DNA of 64,000 nucleotides from Squalus acanthias (Eukaryota), in contig CM059432.1 of assembly GCA_030390025.1 (NCBI GenBank), forward strand, positions 42,720,001-42,784,000, in the 5' to 3' direction. Position numbers and translations under genes: made by a program. The notes under the pieces are model-generated. The model was not told the origin of the DNA. It was given only the letters and a program-made list of their open reading frames with translations, and searched no databases. Below are positions 13,424-24,850 of this stretch, piece after piece. Each line of letters starts with the position of its first letter. Position 1 is the stretch's first letter.

Positions 13424-16400
13424 TAAACTAATTAGTGGGGGGAAGGTTTCAAGAGAGCAAAAAATAAAAATGACAACAGAGAGGGTCATAGACATAGGTA
13501 GCAGTAGGGGAATCACAAATCAGAGCGTGGCAGGAAGGGACAGAGTGTGTGGAGTAAAAGGTAAAGTGGTAAAAAGTGAAAAAGCAGGAACTAAGTGCCA
13601 CAAAGCATATTTGAAAGTTCTCTATCTGAATGCACGTAGCATTCGTAACAAAATAGGCGAGTTAATGGCACAAATAACTACATATGGGTATGATCTTGTG
13701 GCCATTACAGAAACATGGCTGCAGGGTGACAATGCCTGGGAATTAAACATACCAGGTTATTTAACGATCAGGAAGGACAGGCAGGAAGGAAGGGGAGGTG
13801 GGGTGGCTATGTTAATAAAGGAAGGAATCACTGTAATACAGAGTAATGATATTGGGTCAAAAAATCATGATAATGAAACAGTTTGGGTGGAGATAAGGAA
13901 TAATAAGGGGGAAAAAACACTAGTGGGCGTAGTCTATAGGCCTCCAAACAGTTGCAACTCTGTTGGACGGAGTATCAATCAGGAAATAGTTGAGGCATGT
14001 AATAAGGGAACATCTATAATTATGGGGGATTTTAACTATCATATTAATTGGACAAATCAAATGGGGCAGGGCTGCCTTGAGGATGAGGTCATTGAGTGTA
14101 TTAGGGATGGGTTTCTTGAGCAGTATGTAACTGAACCGACCAGGAGGCAATCAACCTTAGATCTGGTCCTGTGTAACGAGACAGGATTAATTAAAAATGT
14201 CCTAGTAAAGGATCCCCTTGGAATGAGTGACCATAACATGGTTGAATTCCATATTCAATTAGAGGGTGAGAAGGTTGGATCTCAAACAAGCGTGCTAAGC
14301 TTGAATAAAGGAGACTATGAAGGTATGCGAGCGGAATTGAGTAGAGTGGATTGGGAAAATAGATTAAAGGGTAAGACGACACATGATCAGTGGTGTACAT
14401 TCAAGGAGTTATTTTACAACTTCCAAAAAAAATATATTCCACTGAAAAGAAAAGGGTGTAAAAGAAAGGACAGTCATCCGTGGCTAAGTAAAGAAATTAA
14501 GGATAGTATTCGACTAAAAACAAGGGCATATAAGGTAGCGAAATCTAGTGGGAGGACAGAGGATTGGGAAAACTTTAAAAGGCAGCAAAAAATAACAAAA
14601 AGATTGATTAAGAAAGGGAAGATAGATTATGAAAGTAAATTAGCAAAAAATATAAAAACAGATAGTAAGAGTTTTTATAGTTATATAAAAAGAAAAAGGG
14701 TGGCTAAAGTAAATGTTGGTCCCTTAGAGGATGAGACCGGGAAATTAATGGTGGGAAATATGGAGATGGCAAAAACACTGAATGAATATTTTGTATCAGT
14801 CTTTACAGTAGAGAACACTAAGAATATCCCAACACTGGACAAACAGGGGGCTATAGGGGGAGAGGAGCTAAACACGATCAAAATCACTAAGGAAGTGGTA
14901 CTCGGTAAAATAATGGGACTCAAGGCGGATAAATCACCTGGACCTGATGGCTTACATCCTAGAGTCTTGAAGGAAGTGGCGGTAGGGATTGTAGATGCAT
15001 TGGTAATAATTTTTCAAAACTCCCTGGATTCCGCTAAGGTCCCGGCAGACTGGAAAACTGCTAATGTAACACCCTTATTTAAAAAGGGCAGTAGACAGAA
15101 GGCTGGTAACTATAGACCGGTTAGCCTAACATCTGTGGTAGGTAAAATTTTGGAGTCCATTATTAAGGAAACAGTAACAGGACATTTGGATAATCATAAT
15201 TTAATAGGACAAAGTCAGCATGGTTTTACGAAGGGGAAGTCATGTTTGACAAATTTGCTGGAGTTCTTTGAGGAAGTAACATATAGAGTGGATAAAGGGG
15301 AACCAGTGGACGTAGTGTATTTAGACTTCCAAAAGGCATTTGACAAGGTGCCACACAAAAGATTATTGCTTAAGGTAAAAAATCACGGGATTGGGGGTAA
15401 TATTCTGGCATGGATAGAGGATTGGCTATCTAACAGAAAGCAAAGAGTTGGGATAAATGGTTCATTCTCAGACTGGCAATCAGTAACTAGTGGTGTTCCA
15501 CAGGGGTCAGTGCTGGGTCCCCAACTCTTTACAATCTATATTAACGATTTGGAGGAAGGGACCAAGTGTAACATATCAAAATTTGCAGATGATACAAAGA
15601 TGGGAGGGAAAGTAGTGAGTGAGGAGGACATAAAAAACCTGCAAGGGGACATAGACAGGCTAAGTAAGTGGGCAGAGATTTGGCAGATGGAATACAACAC
15701 TGGAAAGTGTGAGGTGATGCACTTTGGCAGGAAAAATCCTAGAGCAATTTATTATCTTAATGGCAAGAAACTGGAGAGTACTGAAGTGCAAAGGGATCTG
15801 GGGGTCCTGGTGCACGAAACTCAAAAGGTTAGTATGCAGGTGCAGCAAGTGATTAAGAAGGCAAATGGAATGTTGGCTTTCATTGCTAGGGGGATAGAAT
15901 ATAAAAATAGGGAGGTATTGCTTCAGTTGTACAAGGTATTGGTGAGACCGCACCTGGAATACTGCATACAGTTTTGGTGTCCTTACTTAAGGAAAGACAT
16001 CCTTGCTCTCGTGGCAGTGCAAAAAAGGTTCACTCGGTTAATCCCGGGGATGAGGGGGTGGTCATATGAGGAGAGGTTGGGTAGATTGGGACTCTACTCA
16101 TTGGAGTTCAGAAGAATGAGAGGCGATCTTATTGAAACATATAAGATTGTGAAGGGGTTGGATCGGGTGGATGCGGGGAGGATGTTCCCGATGACGGGTG
16201 AGACTAGAACTAGGGGACATAGTCTTAGAATAAGGGGCTGCTCTTTCAAAACTGAGATGAGGAGGAACTACTTCACTCAGGAGGGTGGTAGGTCCATGGA
16301 ATATGCTGCCACAAAAAGCTGTAGAAGCTACATGATTAAATAAATTTAAAACAGAAATAGACAGTTTCCTAGAAGTAAAGGGCATTAAGGGTTACGGGGA

Positions 16401-16657
16401 GCGGGCAGGAATTTGGACATGAGTCTAGGTTCGGATCGGTCATGGCCCTGTGGGTAGTGGAGCGGGCCCAGGGACCGTGTAGCCTGATTCTGCTCCTATT
16501 TCGTGTGTGCAATTCTGTTAGATGCAGGAGATGGTTCTGTGATAGATAGTAGATTGGCGGTTAGGATCAGATCAGCCATGATCTTATTGAATGGCGGAGC
16601 AGGCTCGAGGGGCCGATTGGCCTACTCCTGCTCCTATTTCTTATATTCTTATGTTCT
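13424..16657 (+). mobile_element. 5'-truncated young CR1 LINE retaining all of ORF2
   Basis: Begins at the ORF1 stop (taaactaa, compare 56753) and ends ttcttatattcttatgttct. TAAA is present at both junctions inside the MITE sequence ggtaaa/agcagg. Confidence 0.95.
13470..16343 (+). CDS. CR1 ORF2: APE endonuclease plus reverse transcriptase (957 aa open, terminal frameshift near 16281)
   Basis: EN motifs YLNARS, ITETW, GDFN, SDH. RT motifs QHGF, YLDFQKAFD, GVPQGSVLGP, FADD. One extra G in ttcactcag-g-agggtgg diverts the C-terminus; the ancestral stop is at about 16420-16422. Confidence 0.95.
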   Translation: MTTERVIDIGSSRGITNQSVAGRDRVCGVKGKVVKSEKAGTKCHKAYLKVLYLNARSIRNKIGELMAQITTYGYDLVAITETWLQGDNAWELNIPGYLTIRKDRQEGRGGGVAMLIKEGITVIQSNDIGSKNHDNETVWVEIRNNKGEKTLVGVVYRPPNSCNSVGRSINQEIVEACNKGTSIIMGDFNYHINWTNQMGQGCLEDEVIECIRDGFLEQYVTEPTRRQSTLDLVLCNETGLIKNVLVKDPLGMSDHNMVEFHIQLEGEKVGSQTSVLSLNKGDYEGMRAELSRVDWENRLKGKTTHDQWCTFKELFYNFQKKYIPLKRKGCKRKDSHPWLSKEIKDSIRLKTRAYKVAKSSGRTEDWENFKRQQKITKRLIKKGKIDYESKLAKNIKTDSKSFYSYIKRKRVAKVNVGPLEDETGKLMVGNMEMAKTLNEYFVSVFTVENTKNIPTLDKQGAIGGEELNTIKITKEVVLGKIMGLKADKSPGPDGLHPRVLKEVAVGIVDALVIIFQNSLDSAKVPADWKTANVTPLFKKGSRQKAGNYRPVSLTSVVGKILESIIKETVTGHLDNHNLIGQSQHGFTKGKSCLTNLLEFFEEVTYRVDKGEPVDVVYLDFQKAFDKVPHKRLLLKVKNHGIGGNILAWIEDWLSNRKQRVGINGSFSDWQSVTSGVPQGSVLGPQLFTIYINDLEEGTKCNISKFADDTKMGGKVVSEEDIKNLQGDIDRLSKWAEIWQMEYNTGKCEVMHFGRKNPRAIYYLNGKKLESTEVQRDLGVLVHETQKVSMQVQQVIKKANGMLAFIARGIEYKNREVLLQLYKVLVRPHLEYCIQFWCPYLRKDILALVAVQKRFTRLIPGMRGWSYEERLGRLGLYSLEFRRMRGDLIETYKIVKGLDRVDAGRMFPMTGETRTRGHSLRIRGCSFKTEMRRNYFTQEGGRSMEYAATKSCRSYMIK

Positions 16658-17436
16658 TAAAAGCAGGCCTTACGCCTTTTATCAAGCGTAAGAATTTCAC
16701 GGGCATTCAGCGGGCGGAAGTTGTGCAAATAGCGCAATTCTGCACCTGCAGAGGCCCTTCTCCCGGGGATGCGGAGGATCTGTCAAGAGAATTCTTGACA
16801 GATCGCAAGTTCCGGGATTTAGGGCATGTGCTTCGCATGCCTAAATCCGGAACTTGCGCGGCCCCTACGTGCCCATGCGCACCTCGTACACACCCGTAGG
16901 GGTCGTAAAATACGGCCCTGTGTGTATGTTGCCTGAAATCTGATTATAGCACGAATTGACTAAACAAAGTAGACATCATAGAGCCGAATATCCCAATGCA
17001 CACTACTGGTGGAAATGGACGCACAAATTCCTGACATATCAGGCCAGTAAGTGTTCATTGCACGCACTCAGAAAATCATTCCTCTTATCTTCACATGGAA
17101 ATATGGGTTTCACAAATGAGGTATCCATACTCACTAATCTGAAAAAAATCATTCTAACAATTGTTTTCAGAGTGACCATCTGGATATGTGTATCTTTTTC
17201 TCAGTGGTTGTTTCTTTGAATAAGTAGTAGATATAGACATATACAGAGAGCTGAGTAATCTAAACAGTTTAGTACTTACCATCTGAAAATAAAATACATC
17301 CTTTTTCTGTTTGTTTCTCAAAAATATCCACTTGTTTTAAACAAATTTTAATTAGAAAAATCATGGATAGAGAGCTGTAACTATTATACGTTTTCTGATG
17401 TTTGTTCAATATTAACATTTTTCTTTTTTTTTGTAG

Positions 17437-17550
17437 GATGTGACACTCATCATTGCAGCTATTGCGATTTTACTTGTGGCTATTTATGGTTTCTTTTATC
17501 TGAAACTCACCACAGAAGTTGACCTTGATCTAGACCTGGATGAAAATTAA
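17437..17550 (+). CDS. TRIQK: Terminal coding exon of triple QxxK/R motif-containing protein (transmembrane helix plus acidic tail)
   Basis: Strong acceptor tttttcttttttttttgtag|G, phase 0. Translates DVTLIIAAIAILLVAIYGFFYLKLTTEVDLDLDLDEN*, matching the TRIQK C-terminus as I recall it (EVGLVLAAILALLLAFYAFFYLRLTTDVDPDLDQDED). Upstream exons were not seen in the window. Confidence 0.9.
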   Translation, partial: DVTLIIAAIAILLVAIYGFFYLKLTTEVDLDLDLDEN

Positions 17551-17799
17551 CAAATGTAATGGCTCAATCAAAGAGACATTCTCCTCTTGTGAAACATTGA
17601 TAAACACTCAGCTGGGATTTGCAAATGAGTTTTGGACCACAAGGAGACTGATGTGACTTTTTAGCTTCTATTTACCAAGAATTACAATCCAAAACACCAG
17701 CAATTTTATATCAGCAGGTTTACAAGCCCATACTGTGTGCTCACAAGCCTGTATTTTAAAGAAAGGCATATTTAATTGGCACTCATTGTTTTTTGAAAA

Positions 17800-18190
17800 T
17801 TCAGCTTGTTAATGCAGTGAGTAGCTGAGCCATATATACCAGGAATATCCCAGGTTCAATCCGTGACCTGTGCTAACTTATGTTTCACAGCTGGGACAGC
17901 TGTTGCTTTGCTACAATTGGCCTCACCGCTTCTGAGTTAGGGACCAAAAAATTAGCCAGTGTTACCTCTTCTCGCTGCTGAAAGTGCATATGTGGACATT
18001 GGGTAAGGATGTGATTAAACTTGGTTATGATATCCCACATGCTCGAATAGCTTGCCAGTGGTCATTGTCTAGGATCACACATGAAGAATAGACACTTGAA
18101 CAACATATTGGAAGCTGACTAATGCCTTTAGACACTTGCCTCAGAAAGGAGTCAATGCCTGCAGGAAAGGAGGGATGAAAATTAGCAGAA
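17800..18190 (+). mobile_element. Old tRNA-derived SINE-like repeat in the presumed TRIQK 3' UTR
   Basis: B-box-like ggttcaatcc at about 17853. A related degraded copy lies at about 24165-24330. Confidence 0.5.
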
Positions 18191-18394
18191 AAGGAAGGGA
18201 AAAATTATCTTTGAAAATTGATTAAATCCAAAATGCTATGGAGCCAATTTGTAAATATAACAATTTTATTAAAAAAAGGCATCTGCACAATCTACCAGGC
18301 AACTGTGCTAAAATCGATCCATGTACAATGGCAGCTTCAGCATGTTTGATATGGAGATAGGCAAGTGAAAGCAACTACAACTAACAATGAAACC

Positions 18395-18722
18395 AATAAA
18401 TATGGTGCCATCAATTCAGCAAGTCATTTAGATTTAAAATGGGGATGCAAGTAATGATTCTGGGAATTAGTTCTTTTAAATTAATAGACAGGAAGGTGTA
18501 GTGGTAAAATAACTGGCAAAGATATCACACATGGCATAGACTCTAATAAGAACATCAGTACTAAGATCAGTTGTAATTGTACATAGATACAGAAGTACAT
18601 ATTGAAAGAACAGCATTACAACAGATTAATGAGTTGTAGCTTATGTGAAGCATTGTGTTGTTTACATTCAAAATAATCTTTCCTATATTTTTAGCTTTAT
18701 GGCCCAAACCTCTTCAAATAAA
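18395..18722 (+). terminator. Candidate TRIQK polyadenylation signals
   Basis: AATAAA at 18395-18400 and 18717-18722. The second is followed by a U-rich tract. Confidence 0.35.
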
Positions 18723-19149
18723 TCTTTTTTTTATTTGTTTTTCCAAACTTACTATCTGACAGTTGACGAGAATGTGGTACCAACGTTAAAGAATGTATTT
18801 CTTTGTATGCTTTGGAGCATTATTGTCACATACTTTAAACATACTGTATATGCAAAGGCTTTCTCTTTGTTGGTAATGTATATGTGTGTGGTCTATTAAG
18901 AAGTATTATAAAACTAAATGTGTTTTCCCTAGCACACTTGTTTGTCGTGTAATTAATATGGTGCATTACACAATTATCCCTCACGTACAAAACAATAATA
19001 ACACATCACATCCATGGCAACCTACAAAGGGCAGCTGGAAAATTACCTATTTGTTACTTCTGTCTTATTTTACTCTTGTTTAATTATTTTTAACTCCATA
19101 ATTATTTTTTTTCTGTTTTTGTACTCCTGAATAGGTACAGCTGGTTATT

Positions 19150-20020
19150 CAGATTACACAAGAGACTTAGCAAAAATGAAAGCGCATGGAATTGGAGGCA
19201 ACCTTTTGACATGGTTAGGGAATTGGTTGGGAGGAAACAGAGTGGGGATAATGGGTATGTACTCCAGTTGGCAGGATGTGACTAGTGTTGTTCCCTGGGG
19301 ATCTGTACTGGGGCCTCAGCTTTTCACTATATTTATCAATGACTTAGATGAAGGATTAGCGAGCTGTACATCTAAGTTTGCTGACGATACTAAGTTAGGT
19401 GGTACAGTAAGTAGTGGAGCAGATAGTTGCAAAGGGTCATTGATAGATTAAGTGAGTAGACAAAACTGAGGCAGATGGAGTTCAGTGTGGGGTCATCCAC
19501 TTTGGACCGAAGAAAGATAGATCAAGAGTATTTTCTAAATTTTGAGAATCTAGGAACTGTGGCGCAACAGAGAGATTTAGGGGTCCATGTACAGCAATCA
19601 CTTAAAAACTAGTGGACAGGTACGAAACATTTTTTAAAAGGCTAATGGAATGTTAGCCTTTATCTCAAGAGGCTGGAATACAACATAATGGAAGTTATGT
19701 TACAGTTGTATAAAGCTCTGGTTAGACTGCATCTGGAGTACTGTGCAGTGCACCTCAGGAAGGATATTGTCCTTGCAGGGGGTGCAGCATGGATTCAGCA
19801 GAATAATACCTGGGCTAAAAGGGTTAAATTATGAAGACAGATTGCATTCCCTTGAGCATAGAAGATTAAGGGGTGAGCCAATTGAGGTGTTTAAGATGAT
19901 CAAAGGATTTGATAGGGTAGATAGAGAGAAACTATGTCCTCTGGTGGGGGAATCCAGAACAAGGGGGCATAACCTTAAAATTAGAGCTAGGCCATTCAGA
20001 GGTGACGTCAGGAAGCATAT
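19150..20020 (+). mobile_element. Degraded CR1 RT and C-terminal fragment
   Basis: ORFs 19176..19451 ([15 protein letters not shown]) and 19743..20027. Confidence 0.9.
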
Positions 20021-20024
20021 GGGT

Positions 20025-23000
20025 TGAACTGAAGAACAAAAAAGGGACAATCACACTGCTGGGGGTGTACAATAGACCCCCAAATAGTCAGAGGGAGAAA
20101 GAAGAGCAAATATGTAGGCACATTTCTAAAGTGCAAAAACAATAGGGGAGTAATAGTAGGGGATTTCAACTACCCTAATATTAACTGGGATAGAATCAGT
20201 GTAAAAGGTATAGAGGGTGCAGAATTCTTAAAATGCATTCAGGAAAACTTTTTTAGCCAGTACGTAGCAACCCCAACAAGAGAGGGGCGGTTCTGGACTT
20301 GGTTTTAGGGAATGAAGCTGGGCAGGTGGAAGGGGCATCAGTGGGAGAGCATTTTGGTGGTAGTGATCATAATTCAGTTAGATTCAGTGCAGTTATGGAA
20401 GAAGACAAAGATAGACCAGGAGTAAAAGTTCTCAATTGGGGAAAGGCCAATTTTACAAAGCTGAGATGTGATTTCGCAAAAGTGGACTGGAAACAGCTAC
20501 TTGAAGGTAAATCAGTGTCAGAGCAGTGGGTGGCATTCAAAGAGGAAATAGTGAGGGTTCAGAGCAAATATGTTCCCGCAAAGAAAAAGGGTAGGACTCC
20601 CAAATCTAGAGCTCTCTGGATATCAAGAGGCATACAGGGTAGGATAAGGCAAAAAAGGGAAGCTTTTGTCAGATACCAAGAGCTAAATACTATAGAAAGC
20701 CGAGAGGAGTATAGAAAGTGGAGGGGTGAAATTAAAAAGGAAATTAGGAAAGCAAAGAGAGGGCTTGAAAAAATATTGGCAAGTAAAATCAAGAAAAACC
20801 CAAAGATGTTTTATAAATACATAAAGAGCAAGAGGATAACTAAGGAAAGATTAGGGCCTATTAGAAATCAAAAAAGTAACCTATGTGTGGAGGCAGTGAA
20901 GGGATAATTACTGGTCCTAGCCCCTTTAGGGCTACCCCAGATCAGGCGTATTCCCCAGATGTTCACCTTCAACTAAAGTTAGAGGTAGCCGAATCCTAAA
21001 GACGCTTAATTGGGTCTAAAGGTCCAGACTATCTCTCCCTAAAGGAAAGGAACAGCCTGAAGATGTTACCGTCCTCCAGATAGCACTTTTAATAAGTTTA
21101 GCTAGACTGTAACCTTCCGGATATTATGAGGGTCCGGAAAACTCCCCCAGAATTCTGAAACTCCTCACCAAAGAGCGTACAGAGATTGAGTTTGTGAGTT
21201 TGATACAGAAGTACTATGTGAGACAATTCTAAAAATATATAGATTTATTAAAAGAACCAACATGTAATTACAGTAGGTGTTTCAATCGCAACATTAACAG
21301 TTCCAAGTACAAAAAGCTTTTACAATTCTTATTATCAGAGATCCTTATTCTCAAATCTTAACTTCGTTACATTTTTACATTTCTTAGTCTTATTCCAGTA
21401 TATCCACCAAAATCAAATACAAGTACCTTGATCCCCGAGACTCAGAGTTGAAGACTTACAGAGCTTGCCTCTGAAGCCTGAGAATCGCTTTGCCCCTTCA
21501 AGCGAATCTGTCTTCCCATTTGAAAGTTCAATTTTTATACCCTTTCTCAGTGGTATTTCCTTTGAAGTTTTCTGCTGATGTAAGCTAATTATCTCTAGTC
21601 ATTTTTCTGCTGACCCCTTCTATTCTTACAGTCAGTTTAGCTGGTAGCAAGCAGACTCATGTCTCTACCTTTAGGTGTTCCAAGTTCAACACAAAAACAA
21701 TGTGACGGCTGGTGCATCTATTTGATGTCATTCTTACGAAGGTCTTCTGTTTGTATCTTTTGCATTTAGAACACCTCAACCAGTTGCACCATTGTCTTCT
21801 TAGTTACCTCAGTTGGTTGCAACACATAATCGTGTCTCCTGTGTTTCATTTGATGTCATTTTTACGAAGGCATATGTTTCTTTAATTTTCTGTGATTCTT
21901 TTCCAAAGTGTTGGTTTAAGACACTTTAACAGGGTATACCATTGTGTTCTTTCCAAGGCTTCAGACTTCCAGGAACCTTTAACCTTCTGTTTCATTAAGG
22001 CTTATTGATTCAGTGTCAACAACTTATCTTATCTCAACAGCCTGTATGCTGTTCACAGCTTTAGATTGTTAAGGCTTTTAGATTTTCAAGCCCAGTTTGT
22101 CATGTTTTAAAGGCCAGAATATTTCATAGAATGGTGTATTTTTCTGAATAGGTATATTGCTTATTCCTTCACAGCGGAAGACCTGGGCATGGTTCTTAAT
22201 GAATACTTTGCGTCTGTCTTCACAGAAGAGAGGGACGACGCAGACATTGTAGTTAAGGAGGAGGAGTGAAATATTAGTTGAGATAAGCATAGTGAGAGAG
22301 AAAGTATTAAGGGGTTTAGCATCTTAGAAAGTAGACAAATCGCCTGGCCCGGATGAAATGTATCCTACGCTGTTATGAGAAGCTCTGACTATCACTTTCC
22401 AATCCTCTCTGGCTATGGGTGTGGTGCCGGAGGACTGCCAACATTGTACCGTTGTTTAGAAAGGGATAGATCAAGTAATTACATGTGAGTCAGTCTAACC
22501 TCGATGGTGGGCAAATTATTGAAAAAATTTCTGAGGGACAGTATTAATCATCATTTAGAAAGGCATGGATTAATTAAGGACAGTCAGCATGGATTTGTTA
22601 AGTGAAGGTCGTGTCTGACTAACTTGATTGAATTTTTTGAGGAGGTAACAAGGAGGGTCGATGAGGGTAGCACATTTGATATAGTCTACGTGGATTTTAG
22701 CAAGGCTTTTGACAAGGTCCCACATGGCAGACTGACCAGTCCAAAAGTAAAAGCCCGTGGGATCCAAGGGAAAGTGGCAAGTTGGATCCAAAATTGGCTC
22801 AGTGGCAGGAAGCAATGGGTAATGGGTGTTTTTGTGACTGGAAGGCTGTTTACAGTGGGGTTCTGCAGGGCTCAGTACTAGGTCCCTTGCTTTTTGTGGT
22901 ATAAATCAATGATTTAGACTTCAATGTAGGGGGCATGATTAAGAAGTTTGCAGATGATATGAAAATTGGCTGTGTGGTTGATACTGAGGAAAAATGCTGT

Positions 23001-23863
23001 AGACTGCAGGAAGATATCAATGAACTGGTCAGGTGGGCAGAAAAGTGGCAAATGGAATTTAATCCGGAGAAGTGTGAGATAATGCATTTGGGGAGGGCTA
23101 ACAAGGCAAGGAAGTACACAATAAATGGTAGGATACTGAGAAATGTAGAGGAACAGAGAGAACTTGGAGTGCATGTCCACAGATCCCTGAAGGTGACAGG
23201 ACAGGTAGATAAGGTGGTTAAGAAGGCATACGGGGTACTTTCCTTTATTAGCTGAGGCACAGAATATAAGAACAGGGAGTTTATGCTAGAACTGTATAAA
23301 ACACTAGTTAGGCTACAGTTAGAGTACGGCGTACAGTTCTGATCACCACATTACAGGAAAGATGTGATTGCACTAGAGGGGGTACAGAGCAGATTTACGA
23401 GGATGTTGCCAGGACTGGATAATTTTAGCTATGAGGAAAGATTGGATAGGCTGGGGTTGTTTTCTTTGGAACAGAGGAGGCTGAGGGGGGATTTAATTGA
23501 GGTGTATAAAATTATGAGGCGCCTAGATAGAGTGGATAGCAAGGACTTATTTTCCTTAGCAGAGAGCGCAATAACCAGGGGACATAGATTTAAAGTAATT
23601 GGTAGAAGGATTAGAGGGGAGTTGAGAACTTTTTTCAACCAGAGAGTGGTGGGGGTCTGGAACTCACTGTCTGAAAGGATGGTAGAGGCAGAAATCCTCA
23701 TCACATTTAAAAAGTACTTGGATATGCACTTGAAGTGACGTAACCTACAGGGCTACAGACCAAGAGCTGGAAGGTGGGATTAGGTTGGATAGCTCTTTTT
23801 CAGCTGGCACAGACTCGATGGGCCGAATGGCCTCCTTCTGTGCTGTAAATTTCTATGATTCTA
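20025..23863 (+). mobile_element. Frameshifted CR1 ORF2 (endonuclease to 3' tail), split by a solo LTR
   Basis: ORFs 20299..20907, 22624..22881, 22935..23255 and 23364..23738 are colinear ORF2 pieces. Tail ttctatgattcta. Confidence 0.9.
20897..22173 (-). mobile_element. Solo LTR of an endogenous retrovirus or LTR retrotransposon (1277 bp)
   Basis: Minus strand runs TGTGAAGGAATAA...TTATCCCTTCA (TG...CA with terminal inverted repeats), flanked by GCAG/GCGG. TATAAA at 21539-21534 and AATAAA at 21249-21244 lie in U3-R-U5 order. The CR1 resumes cleanly on both sides. Confidence 0.8.
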
Positions 23864-24499
23864 AAATAGCTGCTTCCCAACTTCTACTGTCCATATTAGT
23901 TGGCTGAGAGCAGGAACTGGATGCATTCCGGCGGGCAGAGATTAAATTGGCATTGGGTGTCGTAACTACGTTAGCTGACTGGATTGACATATTCATGCCT
24001 ATTTTCAGCGGAGCTCCAGCCACAGGATTGAGGTCTGCCCGAGAATTGGAACAGGCAGGACCTCAGCAGTAAGTCAGCGTTTCAACTATTTTGGTCCCAC
24101 GACCACCCTGTTTTAAGAGCAAACTGGGTGGTAGGGACATGGAAGTTGTCTACAAAGAGTCTTAGCTAACGGCCCCAGTGGTAAATGCGTTACATGGTGT
24201 GGTGCTGAGCTTTACAAACCAGGAAAATACAAGATTCAATCCTGGATCTGTACTGCATTATTTGCTTTTATGTAGGGAGCAATAGGGATCTTGCAGTTTG
24301 CTCCAATGCCCTTCAGCTGATGAGCAGAAAACTTGGTCAATTTTTTCCTCAAGATCACTATCCACTGATCCCTCTGCTGCAACTGCACGTGATTTATCCC
24401 TATATTTTGTCTTCAAAAGAACGAGAGGTTTCCAATCGTATTGGATTTAAGATTCTTGAACATGAGTTACTACAGATTATTCAACTCATATTTCTAGAA

Positions 24500-24850
24500 C
24501 ATGACCTGGGTAGATGCTGAGAGGTTGTTTCCTCTGGCTGGAGTGTCGAGAACTCGGGGGCATAGTCTCAGGATAAGCGGTAGGCCATTTAAGACTGAGA
24601 TGAGGAATTTCTTCACTCAGAGTGTTGTGAATCTTTGGAATTCTCTGCCCCAGAGGGCTGTGACTGCTGAGTCTTTGAGTGTATTCAAGGCTGAGATAGA
24701 TAGATTTTTGGACTCTAGGGGAATCAAGGGATATGGAGATCGGGCGGGAAAGTGGAGTTGAGGTGGATGAACAGCCATGACCTTATTGAATGGCGGAGCA
24801 GACTCGAGGGGCTGTATGGCCTACTGCTGCTCCTATTTCTTGTTCTTATG
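24500..24850 (+). mobile_element. CR1 3' end
   Basis: ORF 24501..24761 plus the conserved 3' UTR and tail. Confidence 0.9.

Larger units (their letters stand above)
12251..16918. mobile_element. Harbinger-type MITE family A, outer copy, split by an inner MITE and a CR1
   Basis: Ends GGCCTAACATTT...AAAATACGGCCC. Segments 12251-12627, 13315-13427 and 16658-16918 join into a copy matching the reverse complement of 30024-30731. Confidence 0.85.
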
